DNA of 29,190 nt from Methylococcaceae bacterium (GTDB lineage Bacteria; Pseudomonadota; Gammaproteobacteria; Methylococcales; Methylomonadaceae), in NCBI GenBank assembly GCA_013138855.1, contig WTBX01000072.1, forward strand, positions 1 to 29,190. Direction: 5' to 3'. The stretch's first letter is position 1; the number at the start of each line of letters is the position of its first letter. Made by a program: the position numbers and the translations under genes. Positions 25,138 through 29,190 of this stretch are shown here, in pieces. The notes beneath the pieces were generated by a model. That model worked only from the letters and a program-made list of their open reading frames with translations, searched no databases and was not told the DNA's origin.

Positions 25138-27948
25138 ATGAAATACTTAAACCCCTTAATTTTTTTTACCCTATCCTTATTTTTTCAGCCTACTTTAGCC
25201 AAAATCAGCACGATTCCCGATACAAATTATGAATACAATAAAGACGTTATTCGAGGACAATTAGATAACGGCTTAAAATATTTTATCCTCAAAAATGATA
25301 AACCCGAAAATCAAGCAGAATTGCGATTAATCGTTGAAGTCGGTTCATTAGAAGAAGCCGATAATCAACGTGGTTTAGCACATTTTGTAGAGCATCTCGC
25401 TTTTAACGGCACGAAAAATTATGAAAAAAATACTTTAGATGCCTACCTGCAAACCTTAGGCATGACGATAGGCGCACATGTCAACGCTTATACCAGTTAT
25501 GAACGAACGGTTTATCAACTCTCAGTCCCTACCGACAAACCTAAAGATTTTGAAAAAACCATTCAAGTTTTAGAAGAATGGGCGCATAACATCAGTTTTA
25601 CTAAAGAAGAATTTGAAAAAGAACGGGGCGTAGTTTTAGAAGAAGAACGCGCTAGAAAAGGACTATGGAAACGCATGTACGATCAAACCAAAGTCATACT
25701 CTTTAATAATGCCAAATATGCAGAAAGAGATCCAATTGGCAAAACTGACATCATTAAAAATACCCCTGTTGAAGTCGCGAAACAATTTTATGACACATGG
25801 TATCGACCCGAATTTATGAGCCTAGTCATCGTTGGTGACTTTGATACTCAAAAAGTCGAGGCGATGATTAAAAGTAAATTTTCAGCCCTCAAAAATAAAG
25901 CCACTCAAAAAAGAGCCAAGCGATTTGTTGAACCTGTTAATCACGCACGTTATAAAGTGGTCAGTGATAAAGAATACACCGACTATTCTTTTAGTTTGAA
26001 ACTTATCGGTGAAGATAAACCTGTTAATTCAAAAGCCGAAAAGAAAACAGCTTTAATTCGTTCATTAGCGCAATCTATTTTTAATGATCGTTTGTCAGAA
26101 ATGAGAAAAGAAAAAAATCCACCGTTTATTTCTTCTTACCTTTCTCGCTCTTCCTTTGTAACAGGTGTAGAAATAACTGAGTTTAATTTAAATATTGAAA
26201 AATCAAAGTATGAAATCGCAGAAAAAAGATTATTTAAAGAAATAGCCAGAGTAAATCAGCATGGATTTAATGCCAACGAGCTAAAACTTGCCAAACGCTA
26301 TAACTTAGCTCAACTGAAACAATCTTATATAGAACGCAATGATAAAGAAAATCCTGTTTATACCTCAGAAATAATCTCAAGTATTTTATATAAATCAACT
26401 TACTTAAATATACAAAATCACTTTTTTATAAGCAAAGCCTTATTAGCTGAAATTACCTTAAAAGACGTTAATGATTATTTTAAAGGTATTTTGAATAATA
26501 AAAACCAGCTCTTTCTTTACAGCACCCCTGAAAAAGAAAAACAAAACGCGTTGTCTTTAGCACAAACTCAAACATTATTAAGCAATGCCTTAGCAACTAA
26601 AGTCGAACCCTACCCAAAGAAAGAAATTGGCATTTTATTAGCCAAGCAGCCACAAGCAGGCAGTATTAAAAGTTCTAAGGAACATGAAAACATTGGCGTA
26701 ACTGAATATTTACTTTCTAATGGCATTAAAGTTTTCTTTAAAAAAACCGACTTTAAAAAAGACAGCTTTAATTTTACCGCTTTTAGTGAAGGTGGAACCT
26801 CATTAGAAATAGACAAAGACTATTTTGATACTTTGGCAGCGGGAAGTGTTGCAGGACAAAGCGGTTATGGTAACCATACTGTTGATGATCTTAACCGTAT
26901 TAATGCAGGAAAAATAGCAGGGGTTTGGTCAAATATCGGACAACTTTATGAAAATGTAGGAGGGTATGGTATTCAAAGCGATATGAAAACAGCCTTTGAA
27001 TTAATTTACCTAACGTTTACTCAACCTAGATTTGAAGATAATATTTTTACTAATTATAAAAGAGATTTAAATAAAAACCTTGAGGCTAAAAAAAGCCGAC
27101 CTATCGCACTTTATTACGAAGAATTAACGGACTTTTTTTATAAAAAACATCTTAGAGTGCGTTCTTTTAGGACTAAAGCAGAAATAGAATCATTAAAGAT
27201 CAAAAACTTTAAAAAGATTTATCAAAGTCATTTTAATAATGCCGCTGATTTTACCTTTGTCTTTGTCGGCGATATTAATCAACAAGACTTTGAAAAAAAT
27301 ATTAGCCATTATCTTGCAAGCTTACCGATAACTTCAAAACCCGCAGAGCATTATAAAGATTTAAAGATTAACCCACGCGAAGGTAGCCATTCATTTATCA
27401 GAAAAAACAATCCAGAAGACCGTAGTGATGTGGTTTTATTATTAACTAAAGCCAGTGATTTTTCATTAAGAAAATCAATGATTGCAGGGGCGGTGAGCCA
27501 TATTGTTAGTATTAAACTTAAAGATTTAATCAGAGAGGAAAAATCTAGCGTTTATAGTATTGGTCTTAACAGCGTGATTAATAGAGTCCCTAAAGCTAAA
27601 TTTTTTGCTATTTCAAGCTTTACTTGCGACCCTAAAAAAACCAGTGAAGTTATAGCCTTAGTAAATGAGGTGATTAATGATATTAAAAAGAATGGTATTG
27701 AGCAGAAGCATCTTGATAATTATGTGGTGATGGCAGAAAAAGGTTATAAAAAATCAATAAAACGTAATGGGTTTTGGTTAGGTAAAATAGATTATGCTTT
27801 AAAAAACAAAGATCCTTTTGAAAATATTTTAAAGACTGTTGATGATATAAAATCTATTCGCAAAGAAGAAATTCAAGAGTTTGTGAAAGAGTATTTTACC
27901 TTTGAAAATTATGTTGAAAGTATTTTTACAACGAAGGATTATAAATAA
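25138..27948 (+). CDS. M16 family zinc protease (PqqL-like), exported
   Basis: Signal peptide; GLAHFVEHLAFNGT (HxxEH), NAYTS, ERGVVLEEER, and a second-half LSNGIKV repeat; 936 aa. Confidence 0.92.
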   Translation: MKYLNPLIFFTLSLFFQPTLAKISTIPDTNYEYNKDVIRGQLDNGLKYFILKNDKPENQAELRLIVEVGSLEEADNQRGLAHFVEHLAFNGTKNYEKNTLDAYLQTLGMTIGAHVNAYTSYERTVYQLSVPTDKPKDFEKTIQVLEEWAHNISFTKEEFEKERGVVLEEERARKGLWKRMYDQTKVILFNNAKYAERDPIGKTDIIKNTPVEVAKQFYDTWYRPEFMSLVIVGDFDTQKVEAMIKSKFSALKNKATQKRAKRFVEPVNHARYKVVSDKEYTDYSFSLKLIGEDKPVNSKAEKKTALIRSLAQSIFNDRLSEMRKEKNPPFISSYLSRSSFVTGVEITEFNLNIEKSKYEIAEKRLFKEIARVNQHGFNANELKLAKRYNLAQLKQSYIERNDKENPVYTSEIISSILYKSTYLNIQNHFFISKALLAEITLKDVNDYFKGILNNKNQLFLYSTPEKEKQNALSLAQTQTLLSNALATKVEPYPKKEIGILLAKQPQAGSIKSSKEHENIGVTEYLLSNGIKVFFKKTDFKKDSFNFTAFSEGGTSLEIDKDYFDTLAAGSVAGQSGYGNHTVDDLNRINAGKIAGVWSNIGQLYENVGGYGIQSDMKTAFELIYLTFTQPRFEDNIFTNYKRDLNKNLEAKKSRPIALYYEELTDFFYKKHLRVRSFRTKAEIESLKIKNFKKIYQSHFNNAADFTFVFVGDINQQDFEKNISHYLASLPITSKPAEHYKDLKINPREGSHSFIRKNNPEDRSDVVLLLTKASDFSLRKSMIAGAVSHIVSIKLKDLIREEKSSVYSIGLNSVINRVPKAKFFAISSFTCDPKKTSEVIALVNEVINDIKKNGIEQKHLDNYVVMAEKGYKKSIKRNGFWLGKIDYALKNKDPFENILKTVDDIKSIRKEEIQEFVKEYFTFENYVESIFTTKDYK

Positions 27949-27984
27949 AAAGGGCTAGTATTTTAAGGCAGGATAGTTACATTC

Positions 27985-28017
27985 AGACCTGCGAGGTTTT
28001 TAAAACCTCGCAGGTCT
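27985..28017. repeat. 33-bp perfect palindrome (family J), copy 2
   Basis: AGACCTGCGAGGTTTT-T-AAAACCTCGCAGGTCT. Confidence 0.85.
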
Positions 28018-28030
28018 AGCATCCATTTTT

Positions 28031-28050
28031 TGTCCCATCTTAAGTTGGTA
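28031..28050. repeat. Solitary family A terminal repeat
   Basis: TGTCCCATCTTAAGTTGGTA versus TGTCCCGTGTTAAGTTGGTA at 316-335 (18/20). Confidence 0.65.
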
Positions 28051-28096
28051 ACCCCGCCTGAGAATGAGGCGTTGTTCTAATCTCTGGATATTGTTG

Positions 28097-28577
28097 TCAC
28101 TTTATTTCCTTAGCTAACTCCAAAACAGTTTTGATTAATTCCTGACTTAAATGAATGCCTGATTGTTCTATTTGTTGCAATAAGGGACTGATTTTTTCAA
28201 TTAAGCCTTTTTCTTTGGCAACGAGCAACACGCCTAGTGAACCAATAATGTTGATGTTGTTAATTTTAGCGACTTTTCGACCACGTTTATCATCAATTAA
28301 CAGTTTGTGGGCTGTGATTTGTTTATACAAGCAGCATAGCTTCTGTTTCGCCAGCATCTGCAAAAGCATCTAAAAACACATAGTTTTGCATATCCACGTT
28401 ACGGACTTTATTTTGCAAATAACTTTTTAATTGCTTGGCTTCTTTTTTATCAGAAACAATGGCTTCTTGGTAAACCGTTTCTGGAACGACAACAGAGCTG
28501 AATAATTTTTCTAGCAAAGCAAGTTGATTGCAAGCGGATAAAGCGACTAATGCGGAACAATCGGCAACTAAAATCAT
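28097..28577 (-). pseudogene. DUF3368 family PIN-domain protein, split by a +1 frameshift
   Basis: N-half MILVADCSAL..VVVPETVYQE..DAGETEAMLL stops at 28323. The C-half YKQ...LLIDDKRGRKVA..IIGSLGVLLVAKEKGLI continues in another frame. One extra base near 28328-28334 explains the split. Confidence 0.85.
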
Positions 28578-28579
28578 GG

Positions 28580-28825
28580 TTAAAGCATGTCCGCTATTTC
28601 TTCGAGTAATTCATCTTTGCTGATGTCTATTACCGCAATGTCATTTTTTTTACAGGCATTGATGAAGTCGTAAATATTTAAGTCTGCCAGTTCTGCGGCT
28701 TTGGATAAGGTTACTCGTGCATTTTTAAATAGCCATAATGCGTAGCTTAAGCGCATTTCTTGTTTGATTTCGTTTGTTGACTGTAAGGTTACAAAGTCAT
28801 TAGGTAAGTCGATGGCGATTTGCAT
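28580..28825 (-). CDS. UPF0175 family protein (predicted antitoxin)
   Basis: 81 aa; LFKNARVTLSKAAELADLNIYDFI HTH-like motif; lies 2 bp upstream of the DUF3368 gene. Confidence 0.82.
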   Translation of the reverse strand: MQIAIDLPNDFVTLQSTNEIKQEMRLSYALWLFKNARVTLSKAAELADLNIYDFINACKKNDIAVIDISKDELLEEIADML

Positions 28826-28959
28826 GATGGTTTCTCAGGTTTTAAATTTGCTATAACGTACATTTAAACAAAGTGTAGGCTTTTGTCGTTATTGAGGCAA
28901 GTCAATCATTTTTTGGGTTATGATTATTTTAGCGTTGGTTTTAAATTGAGGATGAGTTT

Positions 28960-29043
28960 ATGCAGGGGAAGGATTTTAAAGGTCAGAATTTGCGTGGACG
29001 TTCGTTTAAAAATCAGGATTTAACGGGGGCGAATTTTCGCTGA
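28960..29043 (+). pseudogene. Truncated pentapeptide-repeat protein (27 aa)
   Basis: RBS GAGGA; MQGKDFKGQNLRGRSFKNQDLTGANFR* has the pentapeptide periodicity and stops where the K palindrome starts. Confidence 0.7.
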
Positions 29044-29089
29044 TTCCCAAACTCTGTTTGGGAATGCCTATTATCAAGCTCCGCTTGAT
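29043..29089. repeat. REP-like hairpins (family K)
   Basis: ATTCCCAAAC-TCT-GTTTGGGAAT (29043-29065) and ATCAAGC-TCC-GCTTGAT (29073-29089). Confidence 0.7.
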
Positions 29090-29190
29090 GGATAACAAGT
29101 TGCTCTTGCATAAAGCTGTGCTTGAAAACCAACAAAAATATCGAGTATTTCTGTTACCTTCCCTAATTGATTCACCGCGTCGCTAACAGA
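29074..29190 (-). CDS. Possible 3' end of a gene continuing beyond the window
   Basis: Minus frame is open from the window edge for 38 codons (SVSDAVNQLGKVTEILDIFVGF...) to TGA at 29074-29076; no family recognised. Confidence 0.25.
   Translation of the reverse strand, partial: SVSDAVNQLGKVTEILDIFVGFQAQLYARATCYPSSGA

Noticed and set aside
25138-27948. Role in PQQ biosynthesis because of the PqqL name
   Set aside because: No pqq genes are nearby and the protein is exported, whereas PQQ maturation proteases are cytoplasmic.

Overview
AT-rich gammaproteobacterial chromosome segment, probably a Methylococcales methanotroph (inferred from an MfnD-like ATP-grasp ligase and the general protein families; not proven). 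Core genes: mfnD-like ligase, M48 protease-dapC-dapD, fbp, sucA-sucB-lpdA, an M16/PqqL-like protease, and a three-gene TRAP-like transporter (lipoprotein, DUF6091/AdeT-type binding protein, fused permease). Single accessory genes are interspersed: a TPR lipoprotein, an alpha/beta-hydrolase lipoprotein, a DUF6398-like protein, an M15 peptidase with a secreted partner, a DUF4348-like protein, an NTAQ1/WDYHV-like N-terminal glutamine amidohydrolase, and a UPF0175/DUF3368 TA pair with a frameshifted toxin. Many intergenic gaps carry short palindromic REP/MITE-like elements from about ten families, often nested two or three deep. One GACTGGC hairpin-doublet shell occurs three times with two different cargos. 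No intact transposase lies in the window, only an ISAs1 N-terminal remnant. The most notable protein-level observation is that the E3 (lpdA) next to sucAB has lost both redox-active cysteines (GGTYINAGSIPSM). No rRNA, tRNA or CRISPR array was seen. All calls are by-eye motif recognition; no database searches were run.
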